From contig CAXXLQ010000004.1 of NCBI GenBank assembly GCA_963668695.2, forward strand, positions 3,104,001 to 3,168,000: DNA of 64,000 bases. The letters run 5' to 3'. The stretch comes from Vicinamibacteria bacterium (lineage in GTDB: Bacteria > Acidobacteriota > Vicinamibacteria > Marinacidobacterales > Marinacidobacteraceae). Positions within the stretch are counted from its first letter, which is position 1; each line of letters starts with the position of its first letter. A model generated the notes under the pieces. It did no database searches and was not told where the DNA came from. It worked only from the letters and a program-made list of their open reading frames with translations. Shown here one piece after another: positions 1 to 9,248 of the stretch. Both the position numbers and the translations under genes were made by a program.

Positions 1-1
1 G

Positions 2-430
2 CTGGACACTTTCGAATCCATCGTCTGGGACCACCGGACAACGGGCAGCAGCACCAGAGGGCATCCCCTGCTGCCGCTACGAAGCCAGCTGACCGCCGCC
101 GGACTGCCCACGGCCCTCGGGGTAACGAAGCTTCGAAACGGGACGCGAGCGCGTTACGCGGGGATTGTGATCTGCCGCCAACGGCCGGGAACCGCTTCCG
201 GGGTGGTGTTCATGACCCTGGAAGACGAAACCGGATTCGTGAATCTCGTCCTCTGGCCGGACGTCTTCGAAGAGCATCGCCACCTGGCTCAGACCCTGTC
301 GTTCCTCGGAGCCGCCGGCCGGATTCAGGCGGAACAGGGCGTCACCCACATCGTGGTGGACCAACTCTTCCGGCCTCGGATTTCAAGGATGCCGGAACCA
401 CCGGAGGTTCCGAGCCGCGATTTCCATTGA
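2..430 (+). CDS. dnaE2: Error-prone DNA polymerase DnaE2, C-terminal OB-fold part (5' truncated by window edge)
   Basis: Frame is open from base 2. It contains VICRQRPGTASGVVFMTLEDETG and ends in SRDFH, the C-terminal signature of DnaE2/ImuC. Confidence 0.92.
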   Translation: MDTFESIVWDHRTTGSSTRGHPLLPLRSQLTAAGLPTALGVTKLRNGTRARYAGIVICRQRPGTASGVVFMTLEDETGFVNLVLWPDVFEEHRHLAQTLSFLGAAGRIQAEQGVTHIVVDQLFRPRISRMPEPPEVPSRDFH

Positions 431-461
431 ACCGGAGAGGTTTTGCAAGGAGACGCTGCTA

Positions 462-988
462 GCAGCCGGTGGTGGAACCCGGGTGAGCGCCGCCGGCCAG
501 TTCTCCCGGTGGGGGCGAGGCCCAGTTCTCCCGGTGGGGCCAGTCCTCCCGGTGGGGGCCCGGCTGACAAGGCGCGTGAGGGAGGAGCCCCCACCGGGAG
601 AACTGGCCCGGGTGTATTCCGACTGAAACGCAACGATGAGCGGCGCGAAGCGACGCGGGAACAGCCGGTGGTGGAACCCGGGTGAGCGCCGAGGCCGGCC
701 CCCCCGGGAGGAACTGCCAGCGGCTGACGTGAGGGAGGAGCCCCCACCGGGAGAACTGGGCCGTTCTCCGACGTGGGTTTCATCACCGGTTGTTTGGCCG
801 GGATGGATCGCCGGCCGAACGCCGCCTGGGTTTCATCACCGGTTGTTTGGCCGGGATGGATCGCGGGCCGAGCCCCCACCGGGAGAACTGGGCCGCGCGG
901 GTTCCATTACAGGCTGTTTGGCCGGGATGGATCGCCGGGCGAGCCCCCACCGGGAGAACTGGGCCGCCTGGGTTTCACCACCGGCTGC
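462..988. mobile_element. MITE-like family A, composite locus 1 with about 8 copies of the 18-nt unit
   Basis: Ends are TA-GCAGCCGGTGG...CCACCGGCTGC-TA, with internal modules shared with the other 11 loci. The right end overlaps the ptsI stop codon. Confidence 0.85.
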
Positions 989-2754
989 TAGTCCCCGGCT
1001 TCGCTCCCCTCCCGGACCGCCCGGAGCACCCGGGCCCGGACCCGGCGCGAAGTCGTCAGCCGGACGCTCTGTTGAGCTATTTCCTCAGCCCTCCGAGTGT
1101 CCTGAATGGCGATCAGGCGCTTCATTTCGGGAATCGCGTTCGGGCTCATCGAGAACGTCCGCACTCCAAAGCCAAGCAGCAGGGGAATCATGAGCGGCTC
1201 GGCGGCCACCTCGCCGCAGACAGCGAGCGGCAGGCCACTGCGACGGCAGACCCGGGTTACGAAGCGGACAGTGCGCAGGAGCGCCGGATGGAACGGGTCG
1301 CTGAAGTGCGCTACCCGTTCGTTCGCCCGGTCCACGCCAAACAGATACTGCATCAGGTCGTTCGTTCCGATGCTGAGGAATTCCGCCTCCTGCCCCAGCA
1401 GATCCGCGGTCGCTGCCGCCGAGGGCACTTCCAGCATGGCTCCCACCGGCACTTCGCGGAACGGAACATCCCGGTGGCGGAGCGCCCGGATCGCCGCCCG
1501 GACATGGGTCTTCGCGGCCCTGAATTCCTCGAGTCCGCCCACCATCGGGAACATCAACTGGACCTTTCCGTGGACGGCGGCACGCAGTACGGCCCGGATC
1601 TGAGTCTCGAAGATCCCCGACGCCAGCACGAGCAGCCGGATACCGCGCAAGCCGAGCGCCGGATTGAGTTCAGGGGCGCGACCGATGTCCGTCGCGCTCA
1701 GATCGAAGGCCCGGATCACCAAAGGATGCGGATCGAGAGCCTCGGCGAGATCCCGGTAGATGCGGAACTGTTCCTCCTCGGACGGGATCTCCTGGACCGC
1801 GATCCGTTCGGTGCGGAAGAGGCCGACTCCCTCGGCGCCATTGCGGCGGACGAGCTCGATCTCCCCCGGTTCGTCCATATTCGCCATCAGGACGACGCGC
1901 TCGCCGTTTGCGGTTCGGGCCAGGTCCGCGGTGGCGGCCAGCAGACGACGGCGGCGCTCACGCTCCCTCCCCCGCTTCTTCCGGTATTCGACAACGGTTT
2001 CCGGCGCGGGATTCACCACCACGAGGCCCTCAAAACCGTCGACGACGACCGGCAGGTCGGTGTGAAGGTGGTCGAGAAGTCCGGGTATCCCGGTGACGCA
2101 CGGAACATCGTGTGTCCTTGCCAGGATGGCCGTGTGGTACGTCGGCCCACCTGCCTCCATGACGACGCCCAGGATCTTGCTCCAGTCCAGTTCTGCGGTA
2201 TCCGACGGGCGAAGGTCGTCGGCTGCGACTACGTGCCGGCGTTCCCAGCGCTCCAAGCCGGGCCTCGTGGCCCCACCAAGGTTTTGGAGCACCCGCCCGC
2301 CTACATCCGCGATGTCTCCCTTCCGCTGACGCAGGTACTCGTCGGCCAGCCCGTCGAACACCGCCTCGAGCTCTCTCAGCACGGTGCGCACCGCCCATTC
2401 CGCATTCACCCGCTCTGACCGGATCACCTCCTCCACCCGTCCGACCAGCAGCGGATCGGCGAGCATCAGGCGCTGCGCTTCAAAAAGATACGCCGGGTCC
2501 TGCCCCAGGGCCCGACGGGTGGATTCGCGGATTTCGCGGAGCTGCTCCGCCGCGCGATCACGGGCCTTTCGGAAGCGGCGGATCTCGCGGCCGATCTCCC
2601 TTTGGCTGATTTCCACCCGGAACACCGGAACGGCCCGTCGCTCGAACACGATCGTCGGCGCTACGCAAATGCCGGGCGCGGCGGGTTCCCCGCGCAGTAC
2701 GGTCTCTCCCGCACGTGTCCGCACGGAATCGGTTCGGGACGCGGGCACCATCAT
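988..2754 (-). CDS. ptsI: Phosphoenolpyruvate-protein phosphotransferase (PTS enzyme I)
   Basis: GGPTYHTAILART phospho-His motif, EGVGLFRTE, ELNPALGLRGIR, SIGTNDL, CGE. Confidence 0.96.
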   Translation of the reverse strand: MMVPASRTDSVRTRAGETVLRGEPAAPGICVAPTIVFERRAVPVFRVEISQREIGREIRRFRKARDRAAEQLREIRESTRRALGQDPAYLFEAQRLMLADPLLVGRVEEVIRSERVNAEWAVRTVLRELEAVFDGLADEYLRQRKGDIADVGGRVLQNLGGATRPGLERWERRHVVAADDLRPSDTAELDWSKILGVVMEAGGPTYHTAILARTHDVPCVTGIPGLLDHLHTDLPVVVDGFEGLVVVNPAPETVVEYRKKRGRERERRRRLLAATADLARTANGERVVLMANMDEPGEIELVRRNGAEGVGLFRTERIAVQEIPSEEEQFRIYRDLAEALDPHPLVIRAFDLSATDIGRAPELNPALGLRGIRLLVLASGIFETQIRAVLRAAVHGKVQLMFPMVGGLEEFRAAKTHVRAAIRALRHRDVPFREVPVGAMLEVPSAAATADLLGQEAEFLSIGTNDLMQYLFGVDRANERVAHFSDPFHPALLRTVRFVTRVCRRSGLPLAVCGEVAAEPLMIPLLLGFGVRTFSMSPNAIPEMKRLIAIQDTRRAEEIAQQSVRLTTSRRVRARVLRAVREGSEAGD

Positions 2755-3059
2755 GGCGCATCACCAAGCCGGGGCCCGTCCGATTCAGGGTGCGGAGGAT
2801 CCCCGATTCCGCCCCTGACCAGTCGCGTCAAGGCTTCGAGCGCCGCCATTGCTTCACGCCCGGAAGTGTGAATCCGCAGCCGGCGCCCCTTCCCGGCAGC
2901 AAGAAACAGGAGACCCAGGATGCTCTTCCCATCGATGGTGGTCTCGCCCCGGGTTACTGTCACCACGGCGTCGTAGCGCGTCGCCGTCTTCACAAAGCGG
3001 GCCGCCGCGCGCGCGTGCATGCCTAGCGGGTTCGTGACCAGGACCACCCGCTCCGGCAC
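2751..3059 (-). CDS. ptsH: HPr family phosphocarrier protein
   Basis: GMHARAAA (His15) and DGKSILGLL (Ser46) motifs. Confidence 0.95.
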   Translation of the reverse strand: MPERVVLVTNPLGMHARAAARFVKTATRYDAVVTVTRGETTIDGKSILGLLFLAAGKGRRLRIHTSGREAMAALEALTRLVRGGIGDPPHPESDGPRLGDAP

Positions 3060-3086
3060 GGTCCCTCCCCGACGATTCCCCCGGAA

Positions 3087-3578
3087 TCAGTCCTGGGTCG
3101 AGCCGGGCTGATCCTGCGGATCCGCTTCGGCCGCTTCCTCTGATTCTTCGCGCGCCGGCGCGGGGCCGAGTCCGCCGCCGAGCAATTCGGAAGCGAGGTA
3201 GATGTTCTCCTTGCCCTGATAGAGAGCCGCCCGCGCCGCCTCCGCCGGACCCACCTGTTCTTCCTCACGGATCGAAACGAGGCGAATGAGCATGGGAAGG
3301 TTCACCCCCGTCACCACTTCCACCCGGCCTTCCTCAAGTAGGCTGAGTGCCAGATTGGAAGGCGTCCCCCCGAACATGTCCGTCAGGATTACCGACCCAT
3401 CACCCCCGGAAACCCGGCCGACTGCGGTCACGATGGCCCGCTGCGCATCCTCCGGGGAATCGTGCCAACCGATGGAAACGCTGGTGGCGTTCGGAATGTC
3501 CTCCCCCGTAATCATCTCCGCAGCGGCTACCAGCTCGCGCGACAGCTGGCCGTGCGTAACCACGACAATCCCAATCAT
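3087..3578 (-). CDS. PTS EIIA component, mannose/fructose family
   Basis: IGIVVVTHG, ILTDMFGGTPSN, VTGVNLPML. Confidence 0.93.
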   Translation of the reverse strand: MIGIVVVTHGQLSRELVAAAEMITGEDIPNATSVSIGWHDSPEDAQRAIVTAVGRVSGGDGSVILTDMFGGTPSNLALSLLEEGRVEVVTGVNLPMLIRLVSIREEEQVGPAEAARAALYQGKENIYLASELLGGGLGPAPAREESEEAAEADPQDQPGSTQD

Positions 3579-3611
3579 CGGAAGCGAGTATCCGGGAGCC
3601 GCCGCGCCTGG

Positions 3612-5099
3612 TCAACTCCCGGAAGACGCGGGTGGCCGGTTGCGGTAGCGGGCCCGTCGCTCGTTGGAAGACGGAATGCGAAGCGATTTCCGATACTTGG
3701 CCACCGTCCGGCGCGCGATCATGATGCCTTCCCGGTCGAGAAGCTGCACGATCTGATCATCGGCCAACGGGTACTGCGGATCCTCGCGTTCCACGATCTT
3801 CCGGACCCGCGCCCGGACAGCCTCCGAAGACACCTGACGCCCATCCCGCAGCGACAGCGCGCTGTGAAAGAACCGGCGGAAAGCGATGACGCCGCGAGGT
3901 GTTTCCAAGTACTTGTTGCTGACGACCCGCGAGACGGTGGATTCCGCACGCCCGATGTCCTGCGCTACATCATTCAGGACCAGCGGACGGATGTGGGCAA
4001 TCCCGCGATTCAGAAAACCGGACTGTTTGCGCACGATGTCTTCAGCGACGAGGCGAACGGTTTCCCGGCGCTGCTGAACCGACCGCTGGAATCCCTTCGC
4101 GCGGACCCATGCATCCCGCGCGAACGCCCGTTCCTCGGGCGTGTGCCGGTTGGGAGTCCTGATCACCTCCCGGTACGCCCGGCTGGTGCGAAGCCTCGGG
4201 ATCCCATCGCTCATCTCGACGCGCCATTCCCCATTGAAGAGGTAGGCTCGGGCATCCGGCACCACAATCTGGGCGAGACCCGGTGAAAACCGGCTCCCCG
4301 GGCGAAAGTCCAGCGCCCCGATCCGACGGACCCAGCGCATTACGACGGTCACCTCGGTGGACATCGCACGAGCCAGCTCCCTGAACCGCTCGCGGATTAC
4401 GAGATCCAGGTGCTCCCGCACGATTGTCGCCAGTGGACCCGCGGCCTGGTTCGCCGCTTCCAACTGGACGAGCAAACACTCGGCAAGGTTCAGGCAGGCC
4501 ACGCCGGTCGGGTCGAAACGCAGAATCCGCCTCCTTACCGACTCCACGTCTTCTTCCGTCACCCCGACCGAGGCTGCAATCTCGGCTACGGAGCCGTCCA
4601 GGTACCCGCGTTCGTCCAGATTACCAATGATCTGCAGGCCTATCGTTCGCTCGAGTTCCGTATCGACGGACAGACCGAGTTGCTCGATGAGATGCTGGGC
4701 CAGCGTACGCCCCGCCGCGAGCGTTCGCTCGAGGGCGGGGGGCTCCGCTCCAAGAGCCAGCCCTCCGGTGTTCTCCTGATTCTCGAAAAAGAAATCCTCC
4801 GGCTCGATTTCCGTCATCGGATCGCGCTCGTCGTCCGACCCACTGTCGTCACTTTCGCTCCCCTCCGACTCCTCCGGCGCGGCCTCGCTGGATTCGGAGT
4901 CTTCTTCCTCTTCTTCCGTCACCTCTTCGAGCGCCGGATTCTGGAGCAGTTCCTGCTGGACCCGGACCCGCAGTTCGGTGAGGGGCAGCACAAGCATCTC
5001 GATCGTCTGCCGCACCTGCGGCGTCAACGTCAGCCGCTGCTGCTGGCGAACGCCGACCCGAAGCTCCGTTCTGGGTCCGGACCTCGGGCTCACTGCCAC
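3612..5099 (-). CDS. rpoN: RNA polymerase sigma-54 factor
   Basis: Gln/Leu-rich region I, ESTVSRVV HTH, RpoN box ARRTVAKYR. Confidence 0.97.
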   Translation of the reverse strand: MAVSPRSGPRTELRVGVRQQQRLTLTPQVRQTIEMLVLPLTELRVRVQQELLQNPALEEVTEEEEEDSESSEAAPEESEGSESDDSGSDDERDPMTEIEPEDFFFENQENTGGLALGAEPPALERTLAAGRTLAQHLIEQLGLSVDTELERTIGLQIIGNLDERGYLDGSVAEIAASVGVTEEDVESVRRRILRFDPTGVACLNLAECLLVQLEAANQAAGPLATIVREHLDLVIRERFRELARAMSTEVTVVMRWVRRIGALDFRPGSRFSPGLAQIVVPDARAYLFNGEWRVEMSDGIPRLRTSRAYREVIRTPNRHTPEERAFARDAWVRAKGFQRSVQQRRETVRLVAEDIVRKQSGFLNRGIAHIRPLVLNDVAQDIGRAESTVSRVVSNKYLETPRGVIAFRRFFHSALSLRDGRQVSSEAVRARVRKIVEREDPQYPLADDQIVQLLDREGIMIARRTVAKYRKSLRIPSSNERRARYRNRPPASSGS

Positions 5100-5947
5100 T
5101 CGAAGTCCTCCCCGAGATACGCGCGCCGCACTTCCGCACTGCTCACCAACTCCGCGGGTGTACCTTCAAAGAGGATTCGACCGTCCTCGATGATGTAGGC
5201 GCGATCGGTCACCCGGAGAGTCTCGCGGACGCTATGGTCCGTCACGAGGACTCCGAGGCCACGGTCGCGAAGCCGGCCGACGATCCTCTGCAGTTCGGAT
5301 ACCGCGATCGGGTCGATGGCGGCGAAAGGCTCGTCGAGCAACAGGAATTGCGGATCCGGAGCGAGCGCGCGGGCAATCTCCGCACGCCGCCGCTCGCCGC
5401 CGGAAAGAGAGTGCCCCAGGTTGCGCCGGCGTTCCGTAAGCCCAAACTCGGCCAGGAGCGCCTCCGCTCGTTCGCGCCGCTCCCGCCGGCCCAATCGGGG
5501 GACCTGCTCGAGAATCGCCAGCACGTTTTCCTCGACGGTGAGGCCCCGGAAGATGGACGGTTCCTGCGCGAGGTACCCGATGCCGGAACGCGCCCGCTTG
5601 TGCATGGCAAGGCCGGTGAGATCTCGATGATCAAGGGATACCGCGCCCTGATCGGGCTGGATCAATCCGACGATCATGCGAAACGTCGTCGTCTTGCCCG
5701 CGCCGTTCGGTCCAAGCAGACCCACCACCTCGCCGCTCCCGACCTGGACTGTCACCTGATCCACCACTCGGCGCTGTCCGTAGCTCTTGACCAGGTCGTG
5801 GCAGGCGAGCACGTGACCCCCGGCAGTATCTGGATCTTTCTTCGCCGGTTGCCTGTTCGTGGTCGGGAGGCGCCCTTGCAGTCGATCCTCCCTCTCCGCC
5901 ACGACGCTTCCGGACGAGCCACCGGCGCCGGAGGAGGAGACGTTCAC
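5090..5947 (-). CDS. lptB: LPS export ABC transporter ATP-binding protein (start uncertain; GTG at 5947 chosen)
   Basis: GLLGPNGAGKTT, LSGGERRRAEIARAL, LLDEPFAAIDP; lies directly upstream of rpoN. Confidence 0.93.
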   Translation of the reverse strand: MNVSSSGAGGSSGSVVAEREDRLQGRLPTTNRQPAKKDPDTAGGHVLACHDLVKSYGQRRVVDQVTVQVGSGEVVGLLGPNGAGKTTTFRMIVGLIQPDQGAVSLDHRDLTGLAMHKRARSGIGYLAQEPSIFRGLTVEENVLAILEQVPRLGRRERRERAEALLAEFGLTERRRNLGHSLSGGERRRAEIARALAPDPQFLLLDEPFAAIDPIAVSELQRIVGRLRDRGLGVLVTDHSVRETLRVTDRAYIIEDGRILFEGTPAELVSSAEVRRAYLGEDFEWQ

Positions 5948-5954
5948 GACGTGC

Positions 5955-8090
5955 TCACCGACGGGCCCCGGCCCCCCTGTTCGCAATACGGCTCCGGGTA
6001 ACGGCCCGTCTGATCCTGGTTGGGTGAATTTCGGTCCGATTGTCCGCGAGGGCCAGTTCCAGAAGGCCTCCCTCCGAACTCCTTCCGTCCACTTCCAACA
6101 CCGCCGGGGAGCCCCAGGCGACGAGGAGATCGGCGCCGGGTTCATAGCGGATCCGCGATCCACGCACCACACTCCCCCCCCGTTCGAACCGGGCGCCCTG
6201 GATGCCCCGCACCGCTCCCAGGGATCCGTCCGCCGCGAGGTCCGCTTCGATGCGACCCGCGAAGAGCCTGCTGACCTCGCCGGATGGCTCCTGGCGTTCG
6301 AGACGAGGGGCGCCGCCATACGAAAGCTGTCCCTCGTCGGCCGCATAGCGGAAGCGCTCTGCTTGCGCACTGAAGACAAATGGAGACGCCGGCGAGGCGT
6401 CACCGACCGGAGCTACCCCCCCCTCCGCGACAGCCATCCCGTCCCCTGCCCCGGCCGGCGTGTCGGTCAAGCCGGATGCCGTCCCGGCCGATTCGGTCAG
6501 ATTGGGGACCGGCATGTCGAGTTCCAGCGAGGTAGCGACGCCACCCGTGGCCTCGATGACTCTGGCTTCAGCATCCACTTTCACTTCGTCCGAGAGAAGC
6601 CGGTTCCTGCCGAAGAGCAGCCGTACCCCACCTGTGAAGACCCCCTGGCCGCGCCCGGTCTCGATGACCCCGGAGTTCCCGGTCAGAACTACCCCTTCGA
6701 ACCGGCCCGGCAGCCAGTCCAGGCGAGCCGGCAGGAAACGGGCCGTTACCGCCCCAGCAGCCTCGACGCGGCTGGGTTCCGCGATCACCAGCCGTAGATC
6801 GCGACCCTCCAGTTCCAGGAGCGACGAATCCACGACCCGTGGATTGCCTTCGAGCACCAAGGTGTCGGAGCCGTTCCAGTGGGCGCTCTCGGCGGTCGCC
6901 GACGCCCGGCCGTAACGGGCCCTGACTCCGTCTCCGAACACGGCCGTCTCGATGTTTCCCTGCGGATCGAAGCTGACCTCCAGTTGCGACGAGTCCACGG
7001 AAATCAGTTGGCGCCGCTCATCTCCCGCGGGGAGACGGGAAGTCACCGCGCCGGTCATGTTGAGCCGCTCCGGTGTTCCCTCGGGATCCAGCGCCAAGCT
7101 TCCCTCGTCTCCCCGAAGTTCGGCTCCCGAGCCCCCGGAGAACGACGGGTTTTCCGTCACCCGCACCAAGCGCGGGATCCGTCCGTCCTTCAGCACGATT
7201 TCAAGTTCGTCGCCGCGAAGCCTCGCGGCGTCTCCATTCATCTCCTCCACGGGAGCGGCACCGCCCTCGCCGGCAGCGCCGACGAGCGTCAGTACCGTTC
7301 CAAACCCCGCCTCAATGGAGCGCATCTGGTTCCGCTCCCGATCCCGGCGGGCAATCACTGACTCTTTGGAAAAGAGCTTGATCTGGTCCGAGTCAATTTC
7401 CACCTCCCCGAACAGCGTGGTGTCGGCTGTTTCCCTATCGAAGCGCACCCGCTCGGCGACTACGGAAAAGCCGCCTTCTTCCACCGGCCCGGCAACGACG
7501 CCGTGCAAAGACACGTCTCCAGCTTCGATGTCGAACTGCATCGAAGCGGCGATTCCGACGAAATCCTCACTCCGAAACTGCACCGGGTCGCGCGACCAGA
7601 GACGGTCCGGCGCGCGCCGGAAGTGCAGGTGGGGCCCCGAAAGTTCGAGGCCTTCGACGCTGAGAAGAGCGTTGCCCAGGAACTCGACCGCCAGGGTCTG
7701 CGGATCGAGGAGGAGTTCGTCGGCGGTAACCACTGCATCTTCGCCGCCATACACCCCAATGAGACGCAGCTCGACTTCCAAAAAGCGCTGCTGACCATCG
7801 CTGCGCCCGAGCGCTTGGTCCGCCCGGCCCTGCAGCAGCGGGCGGCCCTGCTCGTCGAACCATGTGAACTCAGGCTCTTCGGAAACCACTTCCTCCCGCT
7901 CTTCGGGGATCTCATCGGCGGATTCGAACCACTCCGTGGCCCGCCTCTCAAAACCCTCCTGGAGACGAAGGACCAAGAACACCGTGAAACCCGCGAACAA
8001 GAGCACGGTAACTGCCGTGCCTATCCACCTCGAAGAGCGCGAGGCGCCCCGCCGGAGGGCGCCGGGCCCGGCGCGAGGCAGGGTGGGCAC
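5955..8090 (-). CDS. LptC/LptA (OstA-like beta-jellyroll) LPS transport periplasmic protein, large multi-domain form
   Basis: N-terminal TM anchor, beta-strand-rich repeats, C-terminal LptA-like segment, immediately upstream of lptB. Confidence 0.75.
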   Translation of the reverse strand: MPTLPRAGPGALRRGASRSSRWIGTAVTVLLFAGFTVFLVLRLQEGFERRATEWFESADEIPEEREEVVSEEPEFTWFDEQGRPLLQGRADQALGRSDGQQRFLEVELRLIGVYGGEDAVVTADELLLDPQTLAVEFLGNALLSVEGLELSGPHLHFRRAPDRLWSRDPVQFRSEDFVGIAASMQFDIEAGDVSLHGVVAGPVEEGGFSVVAERVRFDRETADTTLFGEVEIDSDQIKLFSKESVIARRDRERNQMRSIEAGFGTVLTLVGAAGEGGAAPVEEMNGDAARLRGDELEIVLKDGRIPRLVRVTENPSFSGGSGAELRGDEGSLALDPEGTPERLNMTGAVTSRLPAGDERRQLISVDSSQLEVSFDPQGNIETAVFGDGVRARYGRASATAESAHWNGSDTLVLEGNPRVVDSSLLELEGRDLRLVIAEPSRVEAAGAVTARFLPARLDWLPGRFEGVVLTGNSGVIETGRGQGVFTGGVRLLFGRNRLLSDEVKVDAEARVIEATGGVATSLELDMPVPNLTESAGTASGLTDTPAGAGDGMAVAEGGVAPVGDASPASPFVFSAQAERFRYAADEGQLSYGGAPRLERQEPSGEVSRLFAGRIEADLAADGSLGAVRGIQGARFERGGSVVRGSRIRYEPGADLLVAWGSPAVLEVDGRSSEGGLLELALADNRTEIHPTRIRRAVTRSRIANRGAGARR

Positions 8091-8095
8091 TGGGG

Positions 8096-9151
8096 TCAGC
8101 TTGTGCCCGCCGGTCCGTAACCGGCGGCCTCCCCCGCCCCGGCCCCCTTGCCCGCCGGGGACGACACCGTTGCGGGCCGCCGGGAAGGCGCTTCCTCCAG
8201 TCCCACGTTTCCCATATTTCGAAACTTCCGATAGCGCGCCTGCCGGCGGTCCGCCGGAGCGACTTTCTCGAGAGCACGGATGGCAAGGCGCAACCTCTCA
8301 CCCAGAATCGCCGCCGCCGCGTCGTGATCAGAGTGCGCTCCTCCCGGCGGTTCCGGCACGATCTCGTCGATCAGTCCGTTCCGAAGATGCTCGGGCGCCG
8401 TGATTCGCATCCGCGCGGCCGCCTCCTCCGTAGCCGCGTACGCCGTTTCCGGGTCTTTCCACAGAATGGCCGCACATCCTTCGGGAGAAATCACCGAATA
8501 GATGGCGTTCTCCATCATGAGAATCCGGTCCCCGACCGCAATGCCGAGCGCCCCTCCGCTGCCTCCCTCGCCGATGATTGCCACCACGATCGGCACCTCG
8601 AGACGAGACATCTCGCGCAGATTCCGCGCAATGGCTTCAGCCTGCCCGCGCTCTTCCGCTTCGATGCCCGGGAACGCGCCCGGGGTATCCACCAGCGAAA
8701 TGATCGGTCTGCCGAACTTCTCGGCCATTTTCATGAGCCGCAGCGCCTTGCGATATCCCTCGGGGCGCGCCATTCCGTAGTTGCGATGAATCCGCTCCGC
8801 CGTGTCCCGGCCTTTTTGCTGCCCGATCACCATTACCGGCTTGCCCGAAAGCCATGCCGGACCTCCTACGACGGCCGGATCGTCGGCGTACCGCCGGTCT
8901 CCGTGAATCTCCGTGAACCCGGTGAAGAGGCGCCGCACGTAGTCAAGCGTGTAGGGCCGCTCCGGATGCCGGGCCACCCGAACCCGCTGCCAGGGCGTCA
9001 GTCCGGCGTAGATCCGCTGGCGCCGCCGCAGCAGTTCGCGTTCCAGCCCGGCGATCCCCACCCGGTGACTGTCGGGGTATCCGGTGAGTGCTTCGATGCG
9101 CTGAACAATTGCCTGAATGTCAGTTTCGAAGTCGAGAAACTCGCGCTGCAC
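8096..9151 (-). CDS. accA: Acetyl-CoA carboxylase carboxyltransferase alpha subunit
   Basis: [48 protein letters not shown]. Confidence 0.97.
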   Translation of the reverse strand: MQREFLDFETDIQAIVQRIEALTGYPDSHRVGIAGLERELLRRRQRIYAGLTPWQRVRVARHPERPYTLDYVRRLFTGFTEIHGDRRYADDPAVVGGPAWLSGKPVMVIGQQKGRDTAERIHRNYGMARPEGYRKALRLMKMAEKFGRPIISLVDTPGAFPGIEAEERGQAEAIARNLREMSRLEVPIVVAIIGEGGSGGALGIAVGDRILMMENAIYSVISPEGCAAILWKDPETAYAATEEAAARMRITAPEHLRNGLIDEIVPEPPGGAHSDHDAAAAILGERLRLAIRALEKVAPADRRQARYRKFRNMGNVGLEEAPSRRPATVSSPAGKGAGAGEAAGYGPAGTS

Positions 9152-9248
9152 GATGTGAAGTCTAGCGAGCCCCGCTCAGGCAAATCCCGTACCACCGTGG
9201 CGGGGGTTTTAGGGGGGTTTGGGACGTAACGGCCCGAAGTCCGGCCGG

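Noticed and set aside
497-514. 18-mer as a DNA uptake sequence or Chi-like motif
   Set aside because: Such motifs arise by point mutation and are common in coding DNA. Here the unit appears as a block insertion confined to hairpin repeats.
462-988. Repeat clusters as CRISPR arrays
   Set aside because: Repeats occur in both orientations with irregular spacing, the intervening sequences are themselves repeated modules rather than unique spacers, and there are no cas genes.
325-1193. Small ORFs with PVLPVGAPPSR / REEPPPGEL / PTGRTG motifs (also at 22232, 29368-30162, 34007, 50237, 59961, 61484, 62495) as a protein family
   Set aside because: They are translations of the MITE and 18-mer in all six frames; GC-rich repeats simply lack stop codons.
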